A stretch of 64,000 bases of DNA from Minisyncoccota bacterium (GTDB taxonomy: Bacteria > Patescibacteriota > Minisyncoccia > Phycocordibacterales > SW-6-46-9), in contig JBBDRP010000002.1 of assembly GCA_040905385.1 (NCBI GenBank), positions 459,526 to 523,525 on the forward strand. Reading direction: 5' to 3'. The position numbers and the translations under genes are program-made. A model generated the notes under the pieces. The model was given only the letters and a program-made list of their open reading frames with translations. It did not search any database and was not told where the DNA came from. Numbering within the stretch: the first letter of the stretch is position 1; each line of letters starts with the position of its first letter. Below, piece by piece: positions 9,637-19,775 of the stretch.

Positions 9637-11226
9637 TTAATCTTGTATTTGCGCGATTGGCAGCTGTATGTAAAAGGTTGTGCCTTCACCTTCTTGTGAC
9701 TCAAACCATATTGTACCATCATGCTCATCAATAATTTGTTTCGAGATGTAGAGACCAATTCCCGTTCCATCTGTTTTTATCTTGGTAGCATTATCAGCCC
9801 GATAAAACTTCGAGAAAATTTTGTCTTGTGATTGCGCCGGGATCCCGATTCCACTATCGGCGATTGATACCTGAACCATATCACTACCGTAATCATTGGT
9901 GACATGAACAGTAGCATCTATCTTTACAGTACCATCAGCTGGTGTGTATTTCAATGCATTATCAATCAAGTTACGAAGAACAATCTTGAGTTTTTCCTGA
10001 TCAGCCTTAACCTTCGGTAACGAATCTTCCGGCTGATGAAAGATAATATCTGCCTGTTCAAGAATTCGCTCATTAGCCCGTGCTTCTTCAACATAATCAT
10101 CAATCAATGTAACAATATCAGTAGGTTCGAAGTTATATCCATCCTCACCTGACTGCAGCCGATCAAGATTAAGGAGTGCGTTCACAATCTCAAGCATGTT
10201 TTGTGTACTACGGTAACCGCGTTGAGCAATCTTTTTTTGTTCTTCATCCTGAAGCTGGCTAGCCAGTATCTCCAACGACCAACGAATTGAGGAAAGTGGC
10301 GTCCGTATCTGATGAGCTGCTACAGTCACGAACGTAAGCTTCATATCCTCGATAAATTCGTCCTTGGTAATATCATGGAGCATTACCAAGGTGTAATTCT
10401 TCCCGTCTTCAGTTTGCGTCACTTCAACATCTACTTCAAATGTTTGTTTGTCAATCTTAATTTTTTCCGGCTTGTCTGGATTAGAGCGGATTAAACGAAT
10501 GAGATCTTTCAATTCCTCACGGCCATCAAGCGTATCAATTGACTTTCCACATATATTCGATCGATCTACAGACAGAACATCAGCCGCATGCGCATTAATG
10601 GTGTCTATTTTGTTTTCATGATCAATCACCAAAAGCCCATTGCGCATACCGTCTATGATTGCCAGCGTTTTTTGATGCTCGTACGCAGCTGTTCCAACGC
10701 ACATTACATCAGGGACGTTTTCTGTGTCTTTATCATTTTGGTCGTCCTCGCTTTGAATATCAAGTTTTTTGCCAGAAGTTGGAGCCGCTGGTAGCTGGAC
10801 AAGTATTGGAGATATACCAACATAATATCCAGTGAGATTATTATTAATATCTCGTCGTGGACCAATAGTGACCACAACATTCTTTGTTTTACCGCTTTCT
10901 GTCTTTAGGGTTAACTTTTTTTCTTCTGTACTGCTTGATGTTTGATCAGCCTTTTCCAAAAGAATTCGGAGCTGGTCCTTTTCTATAAAAAAATCGGACA
11001 GTAATGTGCCGCTAGATTGATTTTTTGTGTGACCAGAAATACGTGAAAAAGCTTTATTAACCTCGACAATGACCTGATTGCTATTAACAATGCAGACAGC
11101 TAGCGGAAGAAAAGCGGTAAACTCCTCCATATACGCCTCCAGATTATGCAGTTCATCAGCAAGATCTGCAGTGTCTATATTGTTACGAGGGTTAGTATCC
11201 ACGTTAAACATGAGATTAATTGCCAA
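9637..11226 (-). CDS. Cytoplasmic PAS-PAS sensor histidine kinase
   Basis: AAHQIRTPL H-box, NLIDNALKY N-box, DSGIGI, GTGIGL; two PAS-like regions. Confidence 0.92.
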   Translation of the reverse strand: MAINLMFNVDTNPRNNIDTADLADELHNLEAYMEEFTAFLPLAVCIVNSNQVIVEVNKAFSRISGHTKNQSSGTLLSDFFIEKDQLRILLEKADQTSSSTEEKKLTLKTESGKTKNVVVTIGPRRDINNNLTGYYVGISPILVQLPAAPTSGKKLDIQSEDDQNDKDTENVPDVMCVGTAAYEHQKTLAIIDGMRNGLLVIDHENKIDTINAHAADVLSVDRSNICGKSIDTLDGREELKDLIRLIRSNPDKPEKIKIDKQTFEVDVEVTQTEDGKNYTLVMLHDITKDEFIEDMKLTFVTVAAHQIRTPLSSIRWSLEILASQLQDEEQKKIAQRGYRSTQNMLEIVNALLNLDRLQSGEDGYNFEPTDIVTLIDDYVEEARANERILEQADIIFHQPEDSLPKVKADQEKLKIVLRNLIDNALKYTPADGTVKIDATVHVTNDYGSDMVQVSIADSGIGIPAQSQDKIFSKFYRADNATKIKTDGTGIGLYISKQIIDEHDGTIWFESQEGEGTTFYIQLPIAQIQD

Positions 11227-11284
11227 ATCTACTGTTCATTGTACCGTATGAGGAAGTATTAAAACAATATTACGTATAGGTAAC

Positions 11285-13417
11285 TTACTTCGCCTTCTTC
11301 TCTGACTTCATCTTCTCAAGTATAGCTATTTCGTCTCTAATTAAAGCGGCTGTTTCAAAATCAAGCTCCTTTACAGCGGAATTCATCTCCTGCCGTTTTT
11401 TAGTTATTATCGCATCAGGATCTGCATCAAAATCCTTTTTGTCAATTTGGATCATGGTATCGACGGCCTTGTCATGCTCTGTAAGTAAATTATCAGTGAT
11501 TGAACCGATTTTTTTCTCGATGGTTTTCGGGGTAATTCCATGCTCTTTGTTGTAGGCCAGCTGAATTTCTCGCCGACGCTCTGTCTCATCAATCGCTCGT
11601 TGCATTGATCCAGTTATCTTGTCTGCATACAGAATCACGCGACCATCAACATTACGAGCCGCGCGTCCCATCGTCTGAATCAAGGACGTCTCAGAGCGAA
11701 GAAATCCCTCCTTATCAGCATCAAGAATTCCAATCAAAGAAACCTCGGGAAGATCTAGTCCTTCTCGTAGTAGATTGACTCCGACCACCACATCAAAATC
11801 ACCGCTACGAAACCCGCGCAGAATTTTAATTCGCTCCATGGTTTTTATATCACTGTGAAGGTACTTAGCCTTGATTCCCGCCTCATCAAGGTACTGAGCC
11901 AGATCCTCGGCCATCTTCTTGGTAAGTGTGGTGATGATGATTCGCTGATCATTGGCAATTACCTTTTCGGCCTCGGCGATAATATCCTTTACCTGTCCCC
12001 TATACTGATTTGAATCAGTCGGGCGATCATTCCGCTTATCGCGGGATGATTTAGCCGGATAATCTTTATTAGAAACAACGGGACGGACGTCAATTTCAGG
12101 ATCAATTAGACCAGTCGGACGAATTATCTGTTCAACCACTGCGTCACAGCCCTCGAATCCTTCACCCGTCTCGGGCTCATGATCAGGACAGCACTTCTCG
12201 AGCTCGTACTTCCCTGGTGTGGCCGTGGTGTATATTGTCTGACTAACCCGCTCCTCAAACTCAGAAAACTGCAGCGGTCGGTTGTCCAGTGCGCTCGGGA
12301 GGCGAAAGCCATGCTCTACCAGATTCTCCTTCCGAGCCCGATCACCGGCATACATCCCACCAATCTGCGGGATGGTAACGTGCGACTCGTCAATTACGGT
12401 CAGGAAGTCGGGATTACCGTCACTATCCTTAGGAAAGTATGAAAGCAGCGTATCCGGAGCAGTTCCGGCGGCTTTACCGGAAAAGTGACGCGCGTAGTTC
12501 TCGATTCCATTACAGTAGCCAACCTCGCGAATTAGGGCTAAATCATGACGAGTACGCCGCTTGAGACGATCTGCCTCCAGTAGCTTACCATCATTATTCA
12601 GTACCTCCAGCCGCTCCTCGAGCTCGGCTTCAATTGACTCAGCAGCCCGAATAATCTCCTCCTCAGAAGAGACAAAGTGTTCAGCCGGAAAGAGAAAGAA
12701 ATTATCAACCGGGGTAATGATCTCACGAGTGGTGATATTAATCTTGTCGATTGCAGTTACTTCCCCGGCCATAAACTCCACACGATACATCACCTCCTCA
12801 TTGACCGGAACGACCTCAATATTGTTGCCGACCGCCCGAAAGGTACCTGGCTTGGGCGCGGTATCATTGCGCCGGAACTGCATATCAACCAGCGTCCGGG
12901 CTAGCTCCTGCCGGCCTAACTTCTGACCGACCTCGATACGCTGGTTTATCTCCTCGTAGCGCTCCGGTGAACCCAGTCCGTAGATACACGACACCGACGC
13001 CACAATAATGGCGTCATCACGCGTCAAGAGCGCCTGTGTCGAGGCATGCCGCAGGCGGTCAATCTCCTCGTTGATCTGGGCCTCCTTTTCAATATACGTA
13101 TCACTGCCGGATACATACGCTTCTGGCTGATAGTAGTCGTAGTAGGATACAAAGTAGTGCACCGCCGCCTCGGGAAAGAAGTCGCGATACTCCTGCGTCA
13201 GCTGGGCAGCCAGGGTCTTGTTGTGAGCAATTACCAGCGTTGGCTTCTGCACGTGCTCGATCACGTTCGCCATTGTAAAGGTTTTCCCTGAGCCGGTAAC
13301 ACCAAGCAGCGTCATGTCCTCTCGCCCGGCTGCTAGACCGTCTGTAAGTCCTTTGATTGCCTTCGGCTGGTCTCCCGCAGGCTCAAAGTCAGATTGTAAG
13401 TTAAATATATTACTCAT
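11285..13417 (-). CDS. uvrB: Excinuclease ABC subunit B
   Basis: PAGDQP, LGVTGSGKT, YYDYYQPEAY beta-hairpin, DESH, C-terminal UVR. Confidence 0.97.
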   Translation of the reverse strand: MSNIFNLQSDFEPAGDQPKAIKGLTDGLAAGREDMTLLGVTGSGKTFTMANVIEHVQKPTLVIAHNKTLAAQLTQEYRDFFPEAAVHYFVSYYDYYQPEAYVSGSDTYIEKEAQINEEIDRLRHASTQALLTRDDAIIVASVSCIYGLGSPERYEEINQRIEVGQKLGRQELARTLVDMQFRRNDTAPKPGTFRAVGNNIEVVPVNEEVMYRVEFMAGEVTAIDKINITTREIITPVDNFFLFPAEHFVSSEEEIIRAAESIEAELEERLEVLNNDGKLLEADRLKRRTRHDLALIREVGYCNGIENYARHFSGKAAGTAPDTLLSYFPKDSDGNPDFLTVIDESHVTIPQIGGMYAGDRARKENLVEHGFRLPSALDNRPLQFSEFEERVSQTIYTTATPGKYELEKCCPDHEPETGEGFEGCDAVVEQIIRPTGLIDPEIDVRPVVSNKDYPAKSSRDKRNDRPTDSNQYRGQVKDIIAEAEKVIANDQRIIITTLTKKMAEDLAQYLDEAGIKAKYLHSDIKTMERIKILRGFRSGDFDVVVGVNLLREGLDLPEVSLIGILDADKEGFLRSETSLIQTMGRAARNVDGRVILYADKITGSMQRAIDETERRREIQLAYNKEHGITPKTIEKKIGSITDNLLTEHDKAVDTMIQIDKKDFDADPDAIITKKRQEMNSAVKELDFETAALIRDEIAILEKMKSEKKAK

Positions 13418-13527
13418 GTTGTATATGAAGGTTGACCTGCCCCGCTTGCCTCGTGGCGAGTCCTGCGAGCTTTACGAGGTGTATTGTAGCGGGTTTGAGC
13501 TCGTATTGAAAATTGAGGTTTCTTTTT

Positions 13528-13556
13528 TTGACAAGTGTATTTGAAATATATATTAT
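13528..13556 (+). promoter_or_regulatory. sigma70 promoter
   Basis: TTGACA-17 nt-TATTAT upstream of 13598. Confidence 0.65.
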
Positions 13557-13597
13557 CAATAACAGACTAATCGCAACAAAAAACAAAGGTGATGTAG

Positions 13598-14062
13598 ATG
13601 TTTCTATTTAAGAAAAAAAGTAGTATAAACGAAAAAGACTTAAGTCATGTAAAAGAGCTTATCAGATCTCTTAGTGATACGCTAAGTTATCGACCAGAGA
13701 TTTGGTGTGGAGTTTTTGGTTTACAACGAAAAAACGAAACTTCGGAATGGTTAGAAAAACAAATATATGATTTCAAAATAAGTCTGAAAGCAAGTATCGT
13801 ATTACGCCTTCCTGCTGCAACGTATGGCGAAACTCCTACGACCAAAGAAGTTGCAGAGCAAGCCTCTCTTTTGGAGAATAAAGTTCGTGAATTCATGAAA
13901 GAAGTCACAGAAGAGATCGAAGAGAAACACTGGATTACAGAGGAGATTCGCGAATTACTATCTGATAACCAATCTTTTGATGGTTTCCAAAAACTTGTAG
14001 ATGAAGCTGCGAAAGAACACATAGAAGAATCATTAGAATTCTATCTACGCTGGTGCAGGTAA
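13598..14062 (+). CDS. Hypothetical helical protein, orphan
   Basis: AT-rich ORF with own promoter, AAAGGTG RBS and terminator. Confidence 0.7.
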   Translation: MFLFKKKSSINEKDLSHVKELIRSLSDTLSYRPEIWCGVFGLQRKNETSEWLEKQIYDFKISLKASIVLRLPAATYGETPTTKEVAEQASLLENKVREFMKEVTEEIEEKHWITEEIRELLSDNQSFDGFQKLVDEAAKEHIEESLEFYLRWCR

Positions 14063-14082
14063 GAAAATCATTAACTAAATTT

Positions 14083-14113
14083 AAAAGCCATTCCACCCTG
14101 GAGTGGCTTTTTT
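14083..14113 (+). terminator. Intrinsic terminator
   Basis: aaaagccattcca-ccc-tggagtggctttttt. Confidence 0.75.
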
Positions 14114-14135
14114 ATTACCTACCCCCTAAAGGCTA

Positions 14136-14996
14136 TTATCCAAGCTCTTGACGAAGCAGTTCTCGCCCACCAATCAGGCCAACATCATCCTGCAAGATAG
14201 CTCGCTGCAACGTTGGTACCTCCGGCAGTATCTTCACCTTTCGTTCCAGCGCCTTCTGCATGTAGGCAAAGGACAGAAACTCGTTACGAATAATCATCGA
14301 GCCACCAAGCACAATCACATCCGGCGCCCACATCACAATAATATTATTAAGCGCGGCAACTAGCCGATCCTGAAACTCGGCCCATAGCTGTTTATCCTTT
14401 ACCTCGACGGCATTCTGACCAGTGCGCTCCTCTATATTGTGGCCCGATAGAAAGTACTCAAGATGACCAGGAACATGCCCCTCATCGGGAAGATCATCAC
14501 CAGCAGCCAGGAAATCACCGATATCAACCACCTGATGACCCGGTTCAAAGCCAAACCGAGCCCGGTCAATCACCCCATCCACAATGCGACTACCACCAAC
14601 CCCCGTACCAACGGTAAAGTAGGCCGTAATGCCATCCGGACTTCCGGCCCCGTGATGGGCCTCACCCAGACCACCAAGCGCCGTATCATTGGCAATAAAT
14701 ATCTTTTCCGGACTCACAATATCAGCCAGAAATGGCCTTAAGGGTGTATCTATCCAGCCTGCAAGATTAGGGGCCCGCAGCAGCATTCCCTCTTCACCAT
14801 CGACCACGCCGGCGATTCCAATGGCGATACCGGCAACCGCTTCATCCAGGTCACTAATAATTCCCGCAATCTGGTTCATACCAGCCGCCGCCTCATCTGG
14901 TGTCGAAAACTTCTGTACAATATCCACTGGATCGTCAAAGTCATCGCACCGGCCGATACGTGTTTTGGTTCCACCAATATCAATAAAGATATACAT
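14136..14996 (-). CDS. ROK family sugar kinase (glucokinase-like)
   Basis: IDIGGTK, NDTALGGLGE, TVGTGVGG, EPGH, LGGS. Confidence 0.9.
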   Translation of the reverse strand: MYIFIDIGGTKTRIGRCDDFDDPVDIVQKFSTPDEAAAGMNQIAGIISDLDEAVAGIAIGIAGVVDGEEGMLLRAPNLAGWIDTPLRPFLADIVSPEKIFIANDTALGGLGEAHHGAGSPDGITAYFTVGTGVGGSRIVDGVIDRARFGFEPGHQVVDIGDFLAAGDDLPDEGHVPGHLEYFLSGHNIEERTGQNAVEVKDKQLWAEFQDRLVAALNNIIVMWAPDVIVLGGSMIIRNEFLSFAYMQKALERKVKILPEVPTLQRAILQDDVGLIGGRELLRQELG

Positions 14997-14999
14997 AAA

Positions 15000-16316
15000 T
15001 TACTTGTTTTCCATCTTAGCACGGGCAATATCCTTGTACGTCTCTACCTGCGGCTGATTAAAGGTATTAATCTCTAGCAGGTGTCCGAGATACATCACGA
15101 TCAACTGCTCCAGCATTAGCAGCTTCCCTAGTGTCTCAGTATCAAACTGCGAAATTGTAATTTCCACAAACGGACGATCATTCTTGCGAAAGGACTCAAC
15201 CGTGGCTTCGCTAAGGGCTTGGTATACATCATACAGATCGTGGTTAGCCAGGTGTACCAGATCATCCACCAATAGCCCTTCATTGGTTATGGTCTCATTC
15301 AGATCGCCAATCTTTGCCTGCTGACGAATAAATATTGTAAAAAAGTTCTTCGGCCCACCTAACTGCAGCTGAAAATCAGCGTGGAGATCACGGGGTGCAA
15401 TGCTGGTAACAGGATACGCACCAGAGAAGACCGGCTCGCCACGACGATTTTTACGTTTACCGAGACTCTCAGCAAACAGCTGTCGGATCCAACTGCCAAG
15501 ACTCTCGGCCTGTGGCGTAAAGAAGTAGTGATTCAGAATTCGCTCTCCCTTTTGTATGTGGTCATAAATAATCGAAGCGAGCGCCGCGGCCGGATCGCTC
15601 GTTGGTCGACCAGACAAGCAGGCAGACCGTAGCGCCCGAGCTCCAGCAGTTAAGTCACTCGTTGCAATACCGACCAATGACAGTGGAAGTAAATTAGCTA
15701 GAGAAAACATACTGAAACGACCGCTTACCTGTTCTGGAACAGGTAGCGTCTTTATATCTCCTTCCTTGGCCTTTTTTTCAAGTGGACTTCCGGGCTTAGT
15801 AACTACTACAATTTGATTCAATACGGACTCCAGCGAAAAAATACTACCAAGCTTTTTAGCAAGCACGTTTGCATTTGCAATGGTTTCAACTGTTTTACCA
15901 GACTTGCTAATTACACAGATAGCAATCTGCGTAATATCAGGCTTCCTCTCCTGTAAAAGTGTCAGAAGATTCTTAATACTCTGGTCATCGATTGTATCAA
16001 TTGTATGCAGATCAGCCTGCGTCTGAAGAGACAGAAGATCATATACTGCTCGACTGCCACGAGCTGAGCCACCCATGCCCACCACAATCACATCAGTCAA
16101 CTCACTGTGTGAAAAGACAGCTTGCATATCTGTCAGTGCCGCAGTTATCTCTTCGTCATCGATTAAGGACAGAGCAGACTCCGGTGAATGATAACCGTCA
16201 TCCTCAAGTACCTTCTTGAGCTCATCACGGTAGGATGAGATATGCGAAATATGCGCCTGCATATCTGCATTGTTAACACCGCTGGTATGCACATGATTTA
16301 TTTCCATTCCAGCCAT
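15000..16316 (-). CDS. pgi: Glucose-6-phosphate isomerase
   Basis: VGMGGS, ISKSGKTVET, GRFS, QLFAESLGK, FNQPQVETYK. Confidence 0.88.
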   Translation of the reverse strand: MAGMEINHVHTSGVNNADMQAHISHISSYRDELKKVLEDDGYHSPESALSLIDDEEITAALTDMQAVFSHSELTDVIVVGMGGSARGSRAVYDLLSLQTQADLHTIDTIDDQSIKNLLTLLQERKPDITQIAICVISKSGKTVETIANANVLAKKLGSIFSLESVLNQIVVVTKPGSPLEKKAKEGDIKTLPVPEQVSGRFSMFSLANLLPLSLVGIATSDLTAGARALRSACLSGRPTSDPAAALASIIYDHIQKGERILNHYFFTPQAESLGSWIRQLFAESLGKRKNRRGEPVFSGAYPVTSIAPRDLHADFQLQLGGPKNFFTIFIRQQAKIGDLNETITNEGLLVDDLVHLANHDLYDVYQALSEATVESFRKNDRPFVEITISQFDTETLGKLLMLEQLIVMYLGHLLEINTFNQPQVETYKDIARAKMENK

Positions 16317-16352
16317 TGATGGTTATCATTAATTGATAAAACAGATCTCTCC

Positions 16353-16661
16353 TTAGTTCGCATCAAAACCCATCGGCTCACTTGGAGGTCCATCGGCGTG
16401 ATCCGGAAGGTCAATGTCAGCCTCTCCGTCATCTAGAATTTCTATATCACACTCATCCTCAAGCATCTCTTTGAGCTCTTCAAGGCGCTCACGATCCTCC
16501 AGATCTTCTTTAGAGAGCGCAGCATCGTCAATGTCAGGGTTCATAAAATCATCCTCTTCAAGTCGACGTCGCAACGCCTGATACTCATCGAGTAATTCTT
16601 GGCAACGTGAATCAATATCAGCCATACGAAATAAGTTGATTAACTTTTTATAATCTCTCAC
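16353..16661 (-). CDS. Acidic hypothetical protein
   Basis: Co-oriented ORF in operon-like run. Confidence 0.6.
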   Translation of the reverse strand: MRDYKKLINLFRMADIDSRCQELLDEYQALRRRLEEDDFMNPDIDDAALSKEDLEDRERLEELKEMLEDECDIEILDDGEADIDLPDHADGPPSEPMGFDAN

Positions 16662-16685
16662 AAAGGGCCACCTCCCCTTTGTACC

Positions 16686-17105
16686 TTATTTTTCGTCTGG
16701 CGCAATACTTTTAGAAATTTTCTCACTCCCCTTCTTAATCTCTTCGGCAGCTGCTGCTCGTAGTTCATCCCCGCGTTCCTCCACTGCTTTCTTGATATGT
16801 ACCCAATTCGACTTAAGTTCTTGGCGAATTACCTCAACCTCCTGCTCCTTTTTGGCTCGCCCAGTTGCAAACTTCTCTACCGCTGCATCCACTATTTCAT
16901 TGTATCGCTCCTTGGTGAGAGACTCGGCCTCCTCCAGCTTATCTAGCACCTCTCCTTTGGTCTTTAGAATCCAGCCACGAAAGTTATTTCGTCGGCGGTC
17001 TCCATCCGGACCATAAAAGTACATAGCACCGGCAGCCAAAGCAGCCGATAATCCTGCAACAATTCCCGTATGTGATTTTTTTTCTTCGTGGTTTTCCTCA
17101 GTCAT
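16686..17105 (-). CDS. YtxH-like membrane-anchored helical protein
   Basis: GLSAALAAGAMYFYGP.G...R N-terminus followed by coiled coil. Confidence 0.65.
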   Translation of the reverse strand: MTEENHEEKKSHTGIVAGLSAALAAGAMYFYGPDGDRRRNNFRGWILKTKGEVLDKLEEAESLTKERYNEIVDAAVEKFATGRAKKEQEVEVIRQELKSNWVHIKKAVEERGDELRAAAAEEIKKGSEKISKSIAPDEK

Positions 17106-17131
17106 AATATTACGTATATTACATTACTAAT

Positions 17132-17425
17132 TTACTCATCCTGTTCATCCTTTTGTGGTTTTAGTATTCGTCGAATAAATCGGGCGGTTGTAACAGCTCC
17201 TAGCAAACCACTAAGTCGCGCGGCTTTGTGCCTCACATTACGACGAAATGCATCAATATCATCAATCACATCAACCGCTTCTTCTCGAACTATTTCCATT
17301 ATAATATAGATATCACGAATCAACTTAATAGCGTAAACGAGAAAAACCGCTAATAAAATTCCAACCACAATCATTACGACTGTAGTAACGAAAAAGAATA
17401 TGTCTGCTTGTAGAATTGATTCCAT
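17132..17425 (-). CDS. Small membrane protein (DUF948-like)
   Basis: N-terminal TM then helical region, upstream of the YtxH-like gene. Confidence 0.6.
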   Translation of the reverse strand: MESILQADIFFFVTTVVMIVVGILLAVFLVYAIKLIRDIYIIMEIVREEAVDVIDDIDAFRRNVRHKAARLSGLLGAVTTARFIRRILKPQKDEQDE

Positions 17426-17428
17426 ATT

Positions 17429-17911
17429 TTAACCTTTCGTGTAAACCTCAAACTCTTCTAAGTTTTCCCCTGGACCGACCTCCTGCAGGTTTAGCTCGAC
17501 ATCCTTACCGTTGTAGGTTGCGGAAATACTCGCATCCTCAGAGGCTTCGAACGTCACCTTGAAACGCTGTGTAGAGATCACCTGAGCACACACCTTATCG
17601 GGATCATCAACCTCACTGGCGAAATTTATTGACACCTGCTCCGGCAATGACTCAGCGATTGAGACATCATACGTAAGCAGATGACACGGTGTTGGAATCT
17701 CAGCCTCTCCAGCCACAATATGTACCCCTTCGTCTTCATTGTACTGGTGAGCCGCGGTTATAAGATTAGGAACAAATCCAGACTCACTTGATGTAGCCAC
17801 TCCACCAACATCAGCCGGAGAACCGGACTGATCTCCTGTCGTCAAGAAAACACCACCAACCACAATGGCAATAACCGCAACTCCGAGACTAATGAATGCT
17901 TTTCTGGACAT
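17429..17911 (-). CDS. Exported hypothetical protein (PTPC...CAQVI disulfide motif)
   Basis: N-terminal TM, two Cys. Confidence 0.7.
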   Translation of the reverse strand: MSRKAFISLGVAVIAIVVGGVFLTTGDQSGSPADVGGVATSSESGFVPNLITAAHQYNEDEGVHIVAGEAEIPTPCHLLTYDVSIAESLPEQVSINFASEVDDPDKVCAQVISTQRFKVTFEASEDASISATYNGKDVELNLQEVGPGENLEEFEVYTKG

Positions 17912-17946
17912 AATTATATAGACAACTTAGTTGATAAAGCTGTAGC

Positions 17947-18621
17947 TTAACGACGAATTCCATCTCCGAATCGACGCTGACTGCCGCGTGATTCAGATCG
18001 CTTTCGACGAGTCACAAAATCCGTGTAACGACTTTCCAAAGAAGGAATCACGCTCATGTCATCAAGATCCTCCCGACGTCCGATGAGGGAAAAGCGTAAC
18101 TGAGTGCTGAAAAAGACAGCAATCAACAGTAGTGCCAACAGATAGAAACCAACTGTCAGTGCTGTGTCGGCGACAATTCCAGTCTCAGGAATCTCATTTA
18201 GTCCCACAGTCCCGGCAGCGGCTTCTTGATCATCATCACTCGTTGTAGACCCATCACTGTTCAGAATTGTGATGGAGATAGAATCAGTAGTAGTTCCACA
18301 ATCATTAGTGGCACTGAATTCAACCGTGTGATCACCTACCGCTTGCAGTGAAGGAATACCAGAGATTTGCCCATCACTGTAACTCAACCCAGCCGGCAGT
18401 GATGAATCGAGCTGATACGAGACACTGGTGCTAGTAACCACAAAGTAAGAAAAGTTCTCACCAGCAATCCCGAGCACACTATCGCTAGAGGTAATTTCAA
18501 AGTTCGGTACTTCACAGTCATTTTCGGCAGATTGCGCGTGCGTAACCTGCGGTGCGACAGCAAAGCTAAGTATGAAAAGTACCCCTAATACAAACGCCGG
18601 AATGTTACTAATGTATTTCAT
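17947..18621 (-). CDS. Ig-like (He_PIG) surface protein with sortase sorting signal
   Basis: Signal peptide, LPAGLS...GQISGIP Ig motif, IPETG + TM + Arg-rich tail. Confidence 0.8.
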   Translation of the reverse strand: MKYISNIPAFVLGVLFILSFAVAPQVTHAQSAENDCEVPNFEITSSDSVLGIAGENFSYFVVTSTSVSYQLDSSLPAGLSYSDGQISGIPSLQAVGDHTVEFSATNDCGTTTDSISITILNSDGSTTSDDDQEAAAGTVGLNEIPETGIVADTALTVGFYLLALLLIAVFFSTQLRFSLIGRREDLDDMSVIPSLESRYTDFVTRRKRSESRGSQRRFGDGIRR

Positions 18622-18678
18622 GTAAATGAAGCCTATCGGTTAATTGCCTGCATTATATCACGATTCATTGAAAGTCTT

Positions 18679-19359
18679 CTAAGACGATTGAATTTCTGCT
18701 TCTACTACCACCCTGTTTTCACGAGCACCGAAGGTAGTACAGGTTGAAATTGTTAACTTACCATATCCGGATTCAAACGAAACCAATCGATCATCCTCAT
18801 CAGCAATCTCAGTCGAGGTGACAACGTAAATCTGCTCCTGATCGTCTTCACCTGATACAACAATCTCATCCCCTACCTCCACATCGCTTAAGCCGTTAAA
18901 AGCTCGGTACGACTGATTACGAACCACTGGCAGCCGACTGGAGTGGCCAAAGAGAAACATCCGGCGCTCGCCACCAATACCACCAGAGCCTGGGTAGTGC
19001 ACGACTCCATCCTGCAGCGCGGCATCCAGCGTAGACACCGTAGCTTCAGCCGGAGTCGAGATATCGACATCGATTCCAACCGATTCAATTGCAATATGAG
19101 TCGGGCTAGCACCTACGATATCTTCATCAAGATCCTGGGGCGATGGGTTCGGTAGAATCGGTCGTGGCGGTCGCTTGTACGTAAGTCGATGCAGACTCGT
19201 TATCTCAGAAATCTGATTCTTTACCTGCTGATTAAACTCACTCACCTCGGTCGGAACCAATCCCAGCGATGATAAGAGAATATGCGTAGAGAAAAAAAGC
19301 ACCAAGATTAATACGATGGTGCCACGACTCATTCGTTTGTTTTCATCAGCAGTCTTCAT
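18679..19359 (-). CDS. Sortase
   Basis: N-terminal TM, GVVHYPG, FGHSS (His), LTISTC (Cys), RVVV (Arg). Confidence 0.9.
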   Translation of the reverse strand: MKTADENKRMSRGTIVLILVLFFSTHILLSSLGLVPTEVSEFNQQVKNQISEITSLHRLTYKRPPRPILPNPSPQDLDEDIVGASPTHIAIESVGIDVDISTPAEATVSTLDAALQDGVVHYPGSGGIGGERRMFLFGHSSRLPVVRNQSYRAFNGLSDVEVGDEIVVSGEDDQEQIYVVTSTEIADEDDRLVSFESGYGKLTISTCTTFGARENRVVVEAEIQSS

Positions 19360-19409
19360 GCGGAGTCATTGTAGTATAAAAATCCTACTTGTGCTCGAAG
19401 TTACGAACC

Positions 19410-19763
19410 CTACTGATCCATCTGTCGATACAGACGGCCAGTAAAAAGCAGCACGGCTAATCCAATGATGAGCAGTAAGCCGGGATTATCCTTGAAAAAG
19501 TCAATCTGTTGAATCACATCAGCAAATCCCTGCCAGGTTGCCACCAATCCAAACAGACCAAGTGTCGAGAAGAAGAAAGGATGCTTCTCAAAGGCCGTAC
19601 GCCGATGGCGGCGAAATACCTCGTGAACAGACTCGGGAATATCATGCATCAGATCCGCAACCCGGTGCTCGAGATTATGCAGGTAGTTGTGAGCCTCCTC
19701 GTCATAGGCCTCCTCAGGCTCTTTCAGATCGTCAATTAATGATTCATCTTTTTCTTCTGGCAT
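19410..19763 (-). CDS. Hypothetical membrane protein
   Basis: Two TM segments, GLVATWQG. Confidence 0.7.
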   Translation of the reverse strand: MPEEKDESLIDDLKEPEEAYDEEAHNYLHNLEHRVADLMHDIPESVHEVFRRHRRTAFEKHPFFFSTLGLFGLVATWQGFADVIQQIDFFKDNPGLLLIIGLAVLLFTGRLYRQMDQ

Positions 19764-19775
19764 ATTTCTTTATGT

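Noticed and set aside
5607-14113. Integron cassette interpretation of the orphan genes (TAAC after stop + hairpin)
   Set aside because: No matching GTTRRRY end. The hairpins are ordinary terminators, the genes have their own promoters and are dispersed, and there is no integrase.
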